Below are positions 14,848 to 33,783 of a DNA stretch of 64,000 nt, piece after piece. The notes under the pieces were generated by a model. It saw only the letters and a program-made list of their open reading frames with translations, did not search any database and was not told the origin of the DNA. Source of the stretch: the human T2T-CHM13v2.0 reference genome, Homo sapiens. How positions within the stretch are numbered: the stretch's first letter is position 1; every line of letters starts with the position of its first letter. A program made the position numbers and the translations under genes. The stretch lies in NCBI RefSeq assembly GCF_009914755.1, contig NC_060941.1. One strand, 5' to 3'.

Positions 14848-15511
14848 CTGTAATACACAAGAGGCTGATTCAGGTTGAGTTCCTGTGCCCCAATCAGGAG
14901 GCTGCACATGGGGGGAGCCAGGGTATTCAGAAGCCTCTTACTCAGTATCAGAGCTGAATACCACCCCCAACCCCACCAAGACTGAGCAGACCACCTCAGG
15001 AAGTGGCATACAAGTCCTGAACTGTCCTGGCCCCACTCCTGTGATTTATAACCCCAGGCCTGCACCGAAGTAGAAGAAAGGCAGTGGGGAGGTGGCAACG
15101 CGGCTCTGGATCTCTGTGGGGGCCACTACATGGAGAACAGGGCTTCAGGCCCACAGGGAAACAGGCCTGTGGGGAGCAGTATGGGCATGGAAACAAAGCT
15201 ATTACTCGCCCTTCAACAAGATGCACAACAGGCCCAGCAGGCCCTGGGGAAAGACACTGGCAGGCTTGGCCCCGAGGGCTGGAGAACTGGGGGATAAACA
15301 AATTGGGCCCAGCCTGGCAGGGAGCAGGTGGGTGAAGGCAGGGAACATGGCAAGGCAGGCAGGCTGCTCTTCCAGTCTGCTCTCCTGGGAAGAAGGAGAC
15401 AGGAGTGTGTTCCTTGGAGCAGGAGGCCTGAGACTGCCCTCCCTGGGGTCTGAGGGTAAGCACAGATGCACCGACCCAGCTGGGCCCTGGATGAAGATGG
15501 AGAGGACTCAC

Positions 15512-15615
15512 CCCGTGTTTCACCGTTTTGGCAGCATGTGCAGCTTTCTTCTTTGTATCGTATGGCGTGAGGATATCAATGATGGCCATGAAATACACCT
15601 CCTTCTTGGGGGAAC
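15512..15615 (-). CDS. PIP4K2B: PIP4K2B exon 9
   Basis: ccag|GT TCC CCC...CAC GGG|gtgagt; [34 protein letters not shown] (DIL motif and activation loop); 104 nt. Confidence 0.97.
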
Positions 15616-16089
15616 CTGGAGGGACAAGGAGAGCAGGGAAGAAGGAAGAGGGGGCAGGAGAAGGGCAGACAGCAGCTGGGCACTGCTACAACCCCCAGAC
15701 ACAAGGCTCAGCTCCATCCTTATCATGTTGGGGCTGAGAAAAGGACCAGTGGAGTCCTTTCCAGCTGTCATAGCTCTTATCTTATTGGATCTTCACAGTC
15801 ACTCTGTGGGGCTGACAGGACAGTATGAATAAAGTTTGGTTCATCTCATGAACCAGAGCAGAACCACTCTTCAGTCAGCCAGGACAAGCAGGGAAGTATA
15901 GGAAAGCCTGGCAGAGGAGGAGCCCCAGGTTCAGGTGGTGACCCTGGATGGGAATCTGGAGGCAGAAAGAGGTCAAAGGCAGCAATGAATGAGGTGGAGG
16001 TCCAGATGCCCCTAGAAGGATCTAAACAATGAGCTGAGGGGGTAGGATGAGGGCAGGGCTGTGCAGAGCAGGCGCAGGCTCTGACTTAC

Positions 16090-16348
16090 TTTCATGGCTT
16101 TTCATGGCATAGACGTCAACAGAGGGGTCGAATTCCCCAGGACCAAAGAACCGAGGAAAGCTGAGGAGGTTGCCAGGGCTGTCCGGAGGTGTGCCATAGG
16201 AGCAGAGTAGGTTGCCACCCACCCCATCATTCTCACACTCCTCGTCCTCTGCCCGCTCCTCCACCTCCATCTCCTCCTGCTCTGCCCGGTCCACGTCGTG
16301 GATGCCCACCAGCAGGCTGTAGTCCATGATCTTCAGCTGTGCCAAGAA
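16090..16348 (-). CDS. PIP4K2B: PIP4K2B exon 8
   Basis: cttcctag|TTC TTG...GAA A|gtaagt; FLAQLKIMDYSLLVGIHD (MDYSL catalytic motif) plus acidic insert; 259 nt. Confidence 0.97.
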
Positions 16349-16552
16349 CTAGGAAGGGCAAGGATGGAAAGATGGAAGGAAGAAGAGGTTACACAGGACA
16401 TCCCAGTGACATCCAGAAAGGGGGGAAAGGCATTCCTTTCAACTCAATTCTACAAACAGTTTTGAAATTCAACAGAGAGTAAGGCATCAGAGCACCCGCC
16501 CTCGCGAGCTCTCTAAGTCTAATGGGGAAGACAGTCATTCAGCAGGGGAAAG

Positions 16553-16626
16553 GCAGGAGGTCGAGGCTGCAGTGAGCTGTGATCACACCACTGCACTCTA
16601 GCTGGGTAACAGAGGGAGATGGTCTC

Positions 16627-16658
<32 letters not shown>

Positions 16659-17125
16659 AGCTGTGGGAGTTTACAGTGAGGGGTGAGCAAGACCCTCCCT
16701 GAAGAAAGGAGTTGAGGCCAAGGATGAAGAGGAGTCAGTGAGGCAAGTACTGCAGGTTAAAGATAGAACGAGCACTGCAGGAAGAGGGAACAGCCCATGA
16801 CGGTTTGGGATCAAGAGAGGCCATGGTGGCTGGGCACGGTGGCTCATGCCTGTAATCCCAGAACTTTGGGAGGCCAATTAAGGAGGATCACTTGAGGCCA
16901 GGAGTTTGAGACCAGCCTCAGCAACGTGATGAGACCCCATCTCTACAAAAAAATTTAAAAATTGGCTGGGCGTGGCAGTGCACACCTGTAGTCCTACCTA
17001 CTTGGGAGGCTCAAGTGGGAGGATCGCGTGAGCCCAGGAATTTGAGGCTGCAGTAAGCTATGACGGCACTATTGCACTCAAGCCTGGGGAACAGAGTGAG
17101 ACCCTGTCTCTTGTTTTAAAAAAAG
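16553..17125 (+). mobile_element. Alu 3' fragment (16553-16651) and AluJ (16828-17125) within L2-like sequence
   Basis: Alu consensus; AAGAGAGGCCATGG/AAGAGGCCATGG direct repeat around the AluJ. Confidence 0.8.
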
Positions 17126-17290
17126 AGGCCATGGCCAAGTTTGAGGAAAGAAATAATGAAATGATATACTATGGAAGAGGATGGAGCGATGGATATGACA
17201 CAACAATATATTTCAGATCAAAATTTCAACCCATTATGAGTCCTAAACCCAATGTAGTGGGCTGGAACTAGGATTTCTTTAAATTAAATG

Positions 17291-18181
<891 letters not shown>

Positions 18182-19149
18182 TATAATAAAATAGAATAGA
18201 AAATATCAGAATACATGACAGAAAATAAGGGTAGACAGTGTTTCAGTTGTGTGTATCCATTGGGTTGCAAGGTAAAATATACTTCTAACTGGCCTCAGAG
18301 ACAAAGTCTGAAAAAACTATGTCATCGACTTTTCAGCCCAGGTAAAAATAGAAAAAAAAGGAAAAGGGAACACAAAACCATACAAGAATGGCAGCCAGAA
18401 CCAACCAATATTCTCAACCCATTCCCTGAAGGTCAAAAGAGGCTGTGTGGTGCTGGGGGAAAGTCCTCCCCTAGCATCATGTGACTCCCCTTGCCAAGCC
18501 TTAGTTTTCTCATCTGTATAATGGGTGCTGTGAGCAGGGTGGTGGTTCAAGTCTTTTATCTAGGATTTCAAGACAAAGTATGGAATGATACAGGATGGAA
18601 ATGGCCAGCTAGCATTCCAGTTTAGCTAATAATGAGGCAAGAGTGCAGTCACCATCATACAGTGGTCACTAGGAGACTGTTAGACTGACCACCATGTTAG
18701 GTCCTAACAGAGAACTAGGAGGAGAATCATCATGGAAGCAGAGCAGCTCTATGCACGAGCCCAGAACACAACTAAGGACAAGGAGCCCTAAAGATGGGAG
18801 CCCAGCAGGATCTCCTTGGAAGAGGAAGGGAGGGAGGGATGCCACTCTGAGCACTTCCAGACAAAGCCTTCTCAAGGCCCAGGGAGAAGGGGCTAGGGTC
18901 CCAGGAAAAAGAAGGTCCATGCACCATGCCCTCCACCCACCTGAGAACATTTATAAAGCAACATGCATTGAAAACAAATGCACTGAGTAAACTGCATTAA
19001 ATTCTTCTCAGAACCACAGTAGGGGGAGAGGGTAGAAAAGGGAGAAGGACAAAGACTCAGGACAAATAATGTCAGATGATGAAAGGCAGAATAAGGAAAG
19101 AACATAGTTGGGGGTGACTAAGGAAACGCTTCCTAGCAAAACGAAGTTT

Positions 19150-21816
<2,667 letters not shown>

Positions 21817-21984
21817 TTAACGAGCAGCCTCTCAATTTATTAAAAGAGAAGGAGACGCTGAGTTATCAAGTGGTCCAGATAACATTTTCACTATTTAGCA
21901 CCTGTCCTCCCCAGATTACAAACAGAAGTTTGCTAGGTAAGTGGAGAATCAGAGCCAGAGCCAGAGAAGAACCTGATTAGTGGA

Positions 21985-22425
21985 TTTTTGTTTTTTGAGA
22001 CAGGGTCTTGCTCTGTCACCCAGGCTGGAGCACAGTGGCATGATCACAGCTCATGTTGCCTTGATCTGCCAGGCTCCAGTGATCCTCCTGCCTCACCCTT
22101 CCAAGGTGCTGGGATTACAAGAGTAAGCCACCATGCTTAGCCAACTTTTTCGGTTTTTGTTTTGAGACAATGTCTTGCTCTGTTGCCCAGGCTGGAGTGT
22201 AGTGGTGAGACCACAGCTCACTGCAGCCTCATCTCCCGGGCTCAAACAATCCTTTCGCCTCAGCCTCCCAAGTAGCTGGGACTACAGGTGTGTGCCCCTA
22301 CGCCTGGCTAAATTTTTTAATTTTTAGTAGAGATGAGGTCTTGCTATGTTGCCTAGGCTGGTATTGAACTGCTGAGCTCAAGCGATCCTCCCACCTCAGC
22401 CTCCCAAAATGTTGGGGTTACAGGA
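21985..22425 (-). mobile_element. FLAM/Alu monomer plus AluJ
   Basis: Alu consensus. Confidence 0.8.
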
Positions 22426-22767
22426 CCTTAATAGCTGGGTTCCTACAGCTCTGATGGCCAGATGCCCTCTCCATTGTAGGGACAACAGCAGAAGGGAGTT
22501 TGAAAAAGGTGTTGGAATGAATTAGTGAAAAGGGAAAAGCATTCTAAACTAAATTACAAAGGTCCTACTGGCGCCAACTATGCTCCGTCAGGTGGAATGA
22601 TCATTTGCACTTGCTTTAGGTGCCCATAAGTGCCCACGCTGCTCAAATCACCACCCTTTTGTCCATACTCCTGGAAAGTACTGAATTCCATTCTTCTTAA
22701 GGTTTAAGAGGCGCCTACTCTAGGTACAGAAGGAGCCTTGCAGGTGAAAATGAAGGTTAGTAAGTAC

Positions 22768-22881
22768 CTCAACGTCCCGCTTCAGTTTCTCCAGGAAGTT
22801 CTTTTTACTCTCCTCTCCCACATGCAGCTTCTGCCCTTCATTGAGGAAGTCATTGTCTTTGAATGTTGGCAAGTCCTTGGC
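22768..22881 (-). CDS. PIP4K2B: PIP4K2B exon 7
   Basis: ctcctag|GCC AAG...GTT GAG|gtactt; [38 protein letters not shown]; 114 nt. Confidence 0.96.
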
Positions 22882-23414
22882 CTAGGAGAGCAACAGCAGT
22901 TAGGCTGGGTAAGCCTGATTAATTCACCCCAGGGACACCCAACTGTTCTGCTGGGAGCAACTATACAGAAAGGGGAAGGAGGGGTTGTCAGTGTACCGAC
23001 CCTCAACCTGCTAAATCAGCAGTGCAGGAGCCTCTAGTCCCAGGCTTTGGGTGGGCAGGGAGGGCAAACACATGAAAGATGAGGAATGACTAAAGGATTC
23101 TTTCCTGTTGAGCCTGGACCAGCTCAGGGCTCAGGCAGCCACTGACTGACTCAGGCTGGACTATGAGATAGAAATGTCTGCCATCCCAGCAGGACTATGA
23201 AGAACGTAGTGAGGGCAGAGGTAAAAGACCAGAGACCAAGGTCTAGGCCTAGCACAAGGACAGACAGGTGATTCATGACACACGGCATTTCATGTTGACA
23301 GACGGCATGTCTGGGAGCTGGGCTAGGGGCTGGGGTGGGCGAGGGACAGGATGGCCGACAGGAGTTGTTTCTGACTCCAAGCGACCCTTCCATTCCTGCT
23401 CAGCACCAGCATAC

Positions 23415-23453
23415 CTTCTCCTTGTCGCTCGCTTCTCTGGCAACCGTAGAACC
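23415..23453 (-). CDS. PIP4K2B: PIP4K2B exon 6
   Basis: ctttcag|GGT TCT...GAG AAG|gtatgc; GSTVAREASDKEK, completing the DLKGS motif; 39 nt. Confidence 0.95.
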
Positions 23454-24463
23454 CTGAAAGGATAAGAGCCATCAGGGGAAGTCAAGCTGAGGCAAAGTCG
23501 ACTGCATGAGCAAACATGGGAGAGCCAGCAGGTGAACTCAAGTAGGCTTGTTAGAGTCCTAGAGGGGCCAGGAGGCAGCACCTTGTTCATTTACTGTGTC
23601 AAGCCCACTTATAGAGCTCTATGTGCAAGACACTTTTTAGGTGCTCAGCAAACAGGACTGCACTGGAGAAGCTCAGTCCCTGCCCTTGAGCTACTTTCCT
23701 TCTAACAGGGGAGACAGATATTCAGCAGTGGTTCCACAAGTCATTAGTTCATTCACTACCACGGTGCTCAGTGGTACAGGGAGGAGCAGGACACTCTGAA
23801 AGCACATACCACACGGGCCCGGCCTGGGGAGGGACAGTGGCCAGGGCCTACCTACTTCCTGGAAGTAGTATTTGGGCTGAGCTCAGAAGGGTAAGGAGGA
23901 AGCAATTAGGTGGGGGAAGGAGTGGGTGGAGAGAGAGAAGGAGACTATTCCAGACAGCAGATGTGAAATCCTGGGAAGAGGAGCACAGGCACTGCAGGAA
24001 CACAGAGGAAACCAGCCCAGTTGCAGCACAGAGGGAAGGGATGGCGGCATAAGGTGACAGAAGTCAGAAGCCAGGTTCAAGAACACGGAGCACCCTAGTT
24101 CACAGCCACAAGTGTGTCCTTCTCAGAGTCTAGAGATGCACTTGTGCTGGCAGTCCATGGGGGCCTGATGGATGCTAAAGTGCATGCGTCAGCACGGCCT
24201 CCCTCACTGTGCACATTCCACAGACAGGAACATCAACTGCTGCATAAATATGGCACATTTAGGGCTTAAATAATCTCCTGTTACTGTCACCTGGACTTCA
24301 AACTGCCTTTGGTCCACAAGAATCAGGCATATCCACTCCAGAGTTCCCTGTCCATGCCAACACATAGGCTCCAGCTTCCCAATTACATGGAAGTTGGAGT
24401 AGTGGCCCCTTCGGGGCTCAGATAGAGGGGAGGCACAGCTCCGGCAAACACAGAGCCCTTTAC

Positions 24464-24610
24464 CTTGAGGTCATACTTGCGATGCACAGTGAGCCGATGG
24501 CTGAACACGTTCCTGGTAACCACCATGTAGGTTTCCACACCATCCACGGTCAGGCGGTACATGCCCAGGAACTGTGGCAAAAGCGTGTTGCCATGACACT
24601 CCACTATAAA
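24464..24610 (-). CDS. PIP4K2B: PIP4K2B exon 5
   Basis: cattctag|TTT ATA...CTC AAG|gtaaag; [49 protein letters not shown]; 147 nt. Confidence 0.97.
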
Positions 24611-25532
24611 CTAGAATGGAAAGGAAGAAGAGAGAGGACTAAGGAACAGGCAGTGCCAGGGATGGATGGGGCTCACCCCAGACTAAAATGCTCCCTGGCT
24701 CCCTGGGATTCTAACCTCTAGACCAGTAGTTCTCCAGCTGGGTTCTATGAAGTAATAGGGGTTTCTCAGGCTTAAAATGGGCAACAGCCACCTCCAGCCT
24801 CCTGTTGGCATGGCAGAGGGAGAGGCAAGCTGAGCAGGTGGCTCAGAGCCCCTGTGGGTTCATATTATTAGTATCTCACCTAAGATTTTGTTTAAAGTAG
24901 GATTCTACCACAGGAAAATCCCTGATCCACACCTTGCATCTCTTCTGCCAGCCTGATATGGGAATGCCGCAGGGAAGAGACAGGATGCAGAGGCAGGCCA
25001 GGGATCCAGCCATCTGGGAGAAGAGAACAGCTCCATATCCAAAGCTCTTATCCATGCCATGCCCCAGGGTTTCTGCCATAACTCCTGAAAGACCAGAAGC
25101 TCCCTTCGGCCCTTCTCAGGTGCCCCAGAAATGAAGACCCAAGTAGGCTGAGGACAGACACACAGATGGTGCCACGGGGCTCCCTGCCTTCCTCATGGAC
25201 AGGTTCCAGATGAGTGGAGAGATGGGACGGGAAAAGAAACAAGCCTGCCGAGCTGAGGGGGCCTCTTTCAGAAGAAACGGGGCGGATGCCAGTGCGTGAA
25301 CACTTTCCAACTGGGAGTCAGTCAGCGATGAGCCTTCATGGCTCCTTTTTTCTTTTTTAAAGTAGGCATTTCAGCTCACAGAAATACGGTTGCAGGAGAG
25401 TCCCACTGCTTGGTGATCAGAAGCAGCTGCCATTACCAGAGAGGACCAACCCCTCCCTAAGAAGCTCCCCCAGGGCTCTCTTCTCCCTCTTCCAACCCAT
25501 CCTCTGCAGCCCAGGCTTGGGACTCACCATAC

Positions 25533-25685
25533 CTGGTGGTATTTCTTTAAGATGTTGTGCATCTCCGCCACGTCCTCGCTGGACACAGTCTTGATGACAA
25601 AGCGCCGGTCGTAGGTGGTGAGGAAACGCGTGCCACACCGACCCTGGCTGTCACTGTTGATGGGGGCGCTGCGCGTCACTGAATT
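25533..25685 (-). CDS. PIP4K2B: PIP4K2B exon 4
   Basis: ttatcag|AAT TCA...CAC CAG|gtatgg; [51 protein letters not shown]; 153 nt. Confidence 0.97.
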
Positions 25686-26616
25686 CTGATAATCGAGACA
25701 AAAGAAGGCTGGGCTTGGCAGGGGAACAGAATTCTGACTTTCGCTGAGTCTTCCCTCAGGGGCTGGACTGCTTGAAAGCCAACAACACTGAGATAGAGGG
25801 ACTCCCAGATGGGAGTTTACCCTCCCCTTTTCTCACAGGGTGTTCACATCCCTCCCTAAGTCTTCCTCCAAAGTGACAAGAATTGTTCCTTACCACCTGC
25901 TCTTCATCCCAGTCTAGGATGGGAAGAGGACTGACTGTGAAAGTTTCCATCCTGATCCCAGATAGCTATCCTACCAACTAAAATTCTGCCTCTGATGGAG
26001 GGGGCTGAGTCTAATCTGGACTCTCACACGCACTATGACCTTGGGTGAGCCATTTAACTTCTCTACCCCTGCATTTCCTCATCAGGAACACAAAGATGCA
26101 GACTGAGCTGATTCTCCCAGTCTCTTGGGGGTAGCAAAGATGAAGCTTAGAAAATACTGTCTTCAAGGGGTCTAGCACAAAGAAGCAATGCCCATTCGTC
26201 TCTTGTCCCTGGATCTACCCTAATGCTGAAAAACCTTCCCCAAAGCAGGAAGCTGATCCTCATCTCTGAGCCTGACACCTTTCCCCTTGCCTCAACCTCC
26301 TGCTTGTCTATGCAAGGCTGGGAGGCAGTTTTGGGGAGCTTTCCTGGCTGTATCCCTGCTCCTCCTCAAGGTCCTACTCCCATTAGGATCAGAGAGCAGT
26401 AGAAGCCTTAAGAGGGAGGGTGTGGGAAGGCGTGAGTCAACCAAAGGGATATGTTCACCAAGCAGATGCCAAGGGACCTCTGGGAAGCAACGGTGAGGGG
26501 AGATCCCAAGTGTCCCTGTTCCCAAGAAAACATACATGGGGATCATGTCACAGAAATGTCTCCTCTCCAAGATGTTTCCCCATCTCTTAATGAGGATCCT
26601 GTTATTATTTTTGTAG

Positions 26617-26787
<171 letters not shown>

Positions 26788-28049
26788 TAGTTTCGCCATG
26801 TTTCCCAGGCTGGTCTAGAACTCCTGAGATCAAGCAATCCTCCTGCCTCAGCCTCCCAAAGTGCTAGGATTACAGGTGTGAGCTACTGTGCCCAGCCTTT
26901 TTTTTTTCTTTTAAAGATGGTGTTTTGCTGTCACCCAAACTGGAGTATAGTGGTGCGATCATAGCTCACTGCAGCCTTGAACTCCTGGGCTCAAGGGATC
27001 CTCTCGCCTCGGCCTCCTGAGCAGCTGGGACTATAGGCATGCACCACCATGCCCGGCTGATCAGGATCCTACTCTTTACTTTCCCCTAATACCTCCTCAG
27101 AAAACCCTGGTGGAGAAGTGAGGACCACCTTCATGGGGAAAACTAAAGTCAGAGGTGGTAAGCAGCTCTGGGAGTTCCTCAGCAAAGGTGCTAAAGTAGC
27201 ACCCCAAAAAACAGGCTGTTCCCGTTACAGAAAGGTTGAGTAGACTCTGTGACTGAGCGCCTCTTCCTCCCAGCCTGGCCTCTCTACCATAAGACTTACA
27301 GGCTGCAAGCCTAGTTGGGAGGTAGAGGCAGCATCCCCTGACTCTCTAAGTGGCTGGTAGTCCAAGAATATAGGGTCCCCTCCCTGAGCACCATCCTCCC
27401 TGCCCTCATTTCAGTCTTGAGCACGGGCATGCGCCCACAAGGCTACTAGGGGCAAAATGCAGACACTGAGAGGATGTGGTTAGACAGCCCAGGGGAGGGA
27501 AAGGAACCCCTCACTTGCAACCCCTCACCAAGGAACAATGGAGGGAATCTGTCTGAGCAACTTGGGGTTGCAATAGTGGCAAGAAGTTTCCAGAAAACCT
27601 CCAGCCCCAGTCAAGTCATGATTGAGTTCAGGGTTCAATCCTAACAGCAGGCTGGAGGAACCTCCCAGTACCTCTTAGGTGTAGGCACTCCTGGGCATTC
27701 AAGCCCAAGGCATCTCCTCCTCCTCTCACAAACCCTCACCCTCTTCTTCGAGATACTTTTCTTTGCATGCAAGCCCTCCAGAGAGGAGGAGAGAGGGGAG
27801 GAGACTCTAACCCAAGGCCCCTTCTGCTGCTGTGAACTACTCTATCAAAGGGGTGGGGTGGGAGGAACTACAGTGTTAGAAAAGATTTGGGCATCCATTC
27901 TAGGTTTCACTGTGCTATACACTAGGTTTCACTGTGCTATGGGGAAAAGTTTTCTCCACAGATGAATGAAAGTCAGCTATATTTCAGGCCAGGTGCGGTG
28001 GCTCACGCCTGTAATCCCAGCACTTTGGGAGGCCGAGGCAGGCAGATCA

Positions 28050-28300
<251 letters not shown>

Positions 28301-28669
28301 TCAGCTATATTTCTTACAGCTGTAAAGGTGAAGTGGAAAATTCGCCCACCTTCACCACAAGGCTGTCTGCCAAGGAAGAAGATCCAAGGAGATGTGCTAA
28401 GAGGAGAAGTGACAGAAACCATGGACTGAGTCAGATTCTAATGTCCCTGACACTGGGATTGATTCCTCCCAACAGGCCAATGGCCTCTACAACACTGTCA
28501 CGCCCTGAAGGGGGCAGTTGCCCTGGCAGACCAACTCCCCACTCCCACCACCAGGATAGGGCACAAGTTTAGGAGGTGACACTCATACCTGGCAAGAGGT
28601 TACACTACCCTTGAAGTCTTCCTTTTCTAATCTATTTCATCTGCTTTAAGAGGCCTCATCTCTCGCTAA

Positions 28670-28991
<322 letters not shown>

Positions 28992-29302
28992 TGAAGTCAA
29001 ACTACGAATGAGAAGGGTTCTTCAGCCTAGACTGGGAATGTCAGACTAAAATAAAGGTGCTTCCGCAGACCCCTCTCCCTCCTGCTGCCCTCCCTCTGAG
29101 GGAGAGGAACCTGAGTGTGTGCAGCATCCTCAGAAGCATTTCTAAGGCCCTCGCCCTGCAAGGGGCCCCCAGTGCTGGGGGAGAGACCGCCTGGGCTGGA
29201 GCAAGGCATGACAGGGAGACACAGCACAAAAACAGCCAACACGTTTTGATTCTCTACCTGTCCTGTGGCTTCCTGACCCCATTCCATTCCCTAATCCACT
29301 GA

Positions 29303-29713
<411 letters not shown>

Positions 29714-31903
29714 TAGGAATTCTGGAGTTGAGTCGAAAAACAAACACTCCAGGTGATTCTGAGCATGTAAAAGTTTAAAAACTTTACATCTTGTATTCAC
29801 TTTGTAAAAGTAATCCAGCAGTATAACTGGTATTTGTGCGATTTTCTATGTGTGTGCTGCCCTTCAATAAAACATACATTAAAGAAAAAAACTCTCACCC
29901 GCTGGGCCATAAGCCTGAGTGCAGGCTCCACCTCACAAGCACTGTGCTTACTACAGTGGGAACCTGCATGTGAACATCTGCTGTGAGGTGAAATCAGCCT
30001 GAATGCTACAAGGAAAAACCTCTCTCATCAGAGGGCCCCTCTCCTCTGGCCATATTCCTGTGGAAGCATCCTGAAGATGGTCACTTACAGGAAGCCCTGC
30101 CCTGGGCTTCCACTGGGACGTAGGAAAAGAGTGCCTGAGTTAAAGAGGTCTTCAGTCAACTGAGTGGGACCACAGAGCCCTGTCTGCTGGCTGCTGGCAC
30201 CAATCTCCACCCTCCCACTCCCTCATCAATACAGACTCCCAGGAGGAAAGAGAATCACCTTGAAATGATGACTCTTACCAATCCTCCATCTTTACAACAG
30301 CTATCCTGTTTAGGGACCCCCTTTCAGAAATATGTCCCAGTGACTACTCCAGGATGACAGGCTTTAAGGAAATCAAAAGGAATGTCTTCTTGGAAAGGAA
30401 GTGGCCTATCTGCCTTATCTACCCCGTCTTCTAGTAAACAGTGCTAGAATCTAATAAATAGCACATACAGGGCTGGGCACGGTGGCTCCTGCCTGTAATC
30501 CCAGTACTTTGGGAGGCCGAGGCAGGTGGATCACCCTGACTGAGGTCAGGAGTTCGAGACCAGCCTGGCCAACATGGTGAAACCCCATCTCTACTAAAAA
30601 TACAAAAAAATTAGCCGGGCGTGGTGGTGGGTGCCTGTAATCCCAGCTACTCAGGAGCCTGAGGCAGCAGAATCACTTGAACCCGGGAGGCAGAGGTTGC
30701 AGTGAGCCAAGATCGCGCCACTGCACTACAGCCTGGGCAACAAGAGTGAAACTGTCTCAAAACAACACCAATAACAACAACAAAAACACATACACAGTTG
30801 TTGGAAGGACAAAAGGAATAAAGATAGAAGAAAATAAGAGATTGGGTTCTCTGCTTTAGGCCAAGATATCAAGGAGGTAGCACCTCACCAGAGGCCATGG
30901 ACCCTGAAGGGGGTAGTGGTGCAATGCCCACTTCGAGAACCCGGACCTCTGAGTCAGAACAACCTTCTTTCTTCTGGGTCAGAACAACCTTCTTTCTGGT
31001 CTCTGAGTTGAGGGCTGCCTCTCCCTCCTTAGGTGGCCACTTAACAGGTGGCAGCTATGGAGACAGACGGCTTCTAGAACAAGATGGTATTACTTACTAT
31101 GGCAGAGGGAGGTCACTAAGGGATGTTCTCAAGTCAATCTTCTCCTCTGGACTAACAGTCTGGGAATGGTGGGGTGACAGAACCCAGCTAGTGAGGTGGT
31201 GGGGACTGTGAGACAATGAAGAATAGAACCAGGATTCACATGCAGAAAGGAGAAAGTGTAAGCAGCAAATAGTCCTGGGGTGGTCCACAGAGGGATGGAA
31301 AATCCAGGCCCCAAAGGGCTTAAAGCAGGCCCAAAATTGTGCCAGGTGTGGCGGCCGCTAGTGTTTCCAACAATATCTGAGACAACCTTCAGACACTGGT
31401 GCTAATCCAAGAAGCGACAGCAGACAAAAATGGGAAGTGCTACTCTGGATAGTGCCCTCGAGCCCCATGCTCTGCCTGTTGCTCATACACCAGCCAGACA
31501 GAAAAGAGCCTGGCGGCATCCCAGACCAAGAACATGCCTGGCAACCTCCTGCCTCAGACTAAGACCAAGATGGGGCCACTGCTACAGCCTCACACTGAAT
31601 ACCTCAGCTCCAGAGCAGCTCACTGCCACCTGAGCTGGCTCTAGATGAATCACCCTGGGCCCAGCCACATGCCCCAAGGGCCACCGGAGGTAGGCTGATA
31701 ATAGAGTGAGACGACAATACTAGGATGAGAGGCACATAACGAATGCATTTTCCTAGCCAGTTTGTCCGCTCTGAGATCCAGGTGCTGCTGTCACACCCTG
31801 CCAGGTGCTGCCTTGGCTCCCACCATGCATGAGGCTTCAGAAGCCTCTGACTTGAGGGAAAGGACTGCCCACAAAACCTGAGTCCACTCAGTAGACAACT
31901 TAC

Positions 31904-32001
31904 TTATTGAAGAGATGATTGTCCACCTTGATCTTGCTGTAGGCTTTGAAGTCATCTGGCATTAGCATGACAGGAACAGGAACATTGCTCAGCTCATTGA
32001 T
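31904..32001 (-). CDS. PIP4K2B: PIP4K2B exon 2
   Basis: cttttcag|ATC AAT...AAT AA|gtaagt; [33 protein letters not shown]; 98 nt. Confidence 0.97.
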
Positions 32002-32092
32002 CTGAAAAGCAAGGAGAACGTAAGGCTCTCAGCCAGGAGGCCACCTGCCTCAGAGACACTAAGCTACAATGTGGATGCCACAATCTTGCTAA

Positions 32093-32320
<228 letters not shown>

Positions 32321-32693
32321 TGAGCTCAAGCAATCCTCCAGACTTGGCCTCCCAAATTATTGGGATTACAGGTGTCAGCCACCACACCTGGCCCCTCCCT
32401 GCCTTTATTTCTGTTCTTCTCTTCAAGTAAGTTCCCAACCTTGTCCTATTTTACCTATTGAAACTCTCCACCTGATAAGGGCCAGCTCAAAAGGCACCTC
32501 CTCCATGAAGTTTTCCAAGATTCTCTAGACCATCAATACCCTTTCCCATCTTGGAATTCCTGAAGTTTTCTTTGTATCTGTCTTCTGGCCATCTCACAGT
32601 CTCTCATATTGTAGTTAATGCCTATAAACCTCACCTGCTAGAGTTAAGCTAGGCAATACTATATTATTTATCTTTCTTTTTCTTTTTCTTTGA

Positions 32694-32979
<286 letters not shown>

Positions 32980-33258
32980 TAATTATATTTCTAAGCAAAG
33001 AGCATCCTACTAATCTTTGGGGCACCACAGTGCTTGGCACCATTACTAGCATATATGGCAGATACTCAATAAATATTTGTCATATGCAATAATAAATGAT
33101 CAATAGATAAATGTCTCCCAACCTAAGTGGGTATTAATTAAGGCCTTTGAATATCTTCATACAAATTGTGGGTCACTCAAGAAATTAGCTCAAGGAAGAA
33201 AAAAAGCTGGATGGGTTTGTGTGGACTTGTAACTCATATCCCCAAGGTAATAGATTAA

Positions 33259-33486
<228 letters not shown>

Positions 33487-33591
33487 TAGCCTGGATAGTC
33501 TCGATCTCCTGAGCTCGTGATCCACCCACCTCGGCCTCCCAAAGTGCTGGGATTACAGGCATGAGCCACTGCGCCCGGCTGTAATAGATTA

Positions 33592-33783
<192 letters not shown>

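Noticed and set aside
14996-15832. 246-aa + strand ORF and 200-aa - strand ORF
   Set aside because: The first is antisense to PIP4K2B exon 9 with a GTG start. The second is exon 9 read through into intron 9. Neither has a recognisable domain beyond exon 9.
28589-28640. Possible 52-nt cryptic exon in PIP4K2B intron 3 (donor CAG|GTATGA)
   Set aside because: The acceptor lacks a real polypyrimidine tract; such pairs are common by chance.
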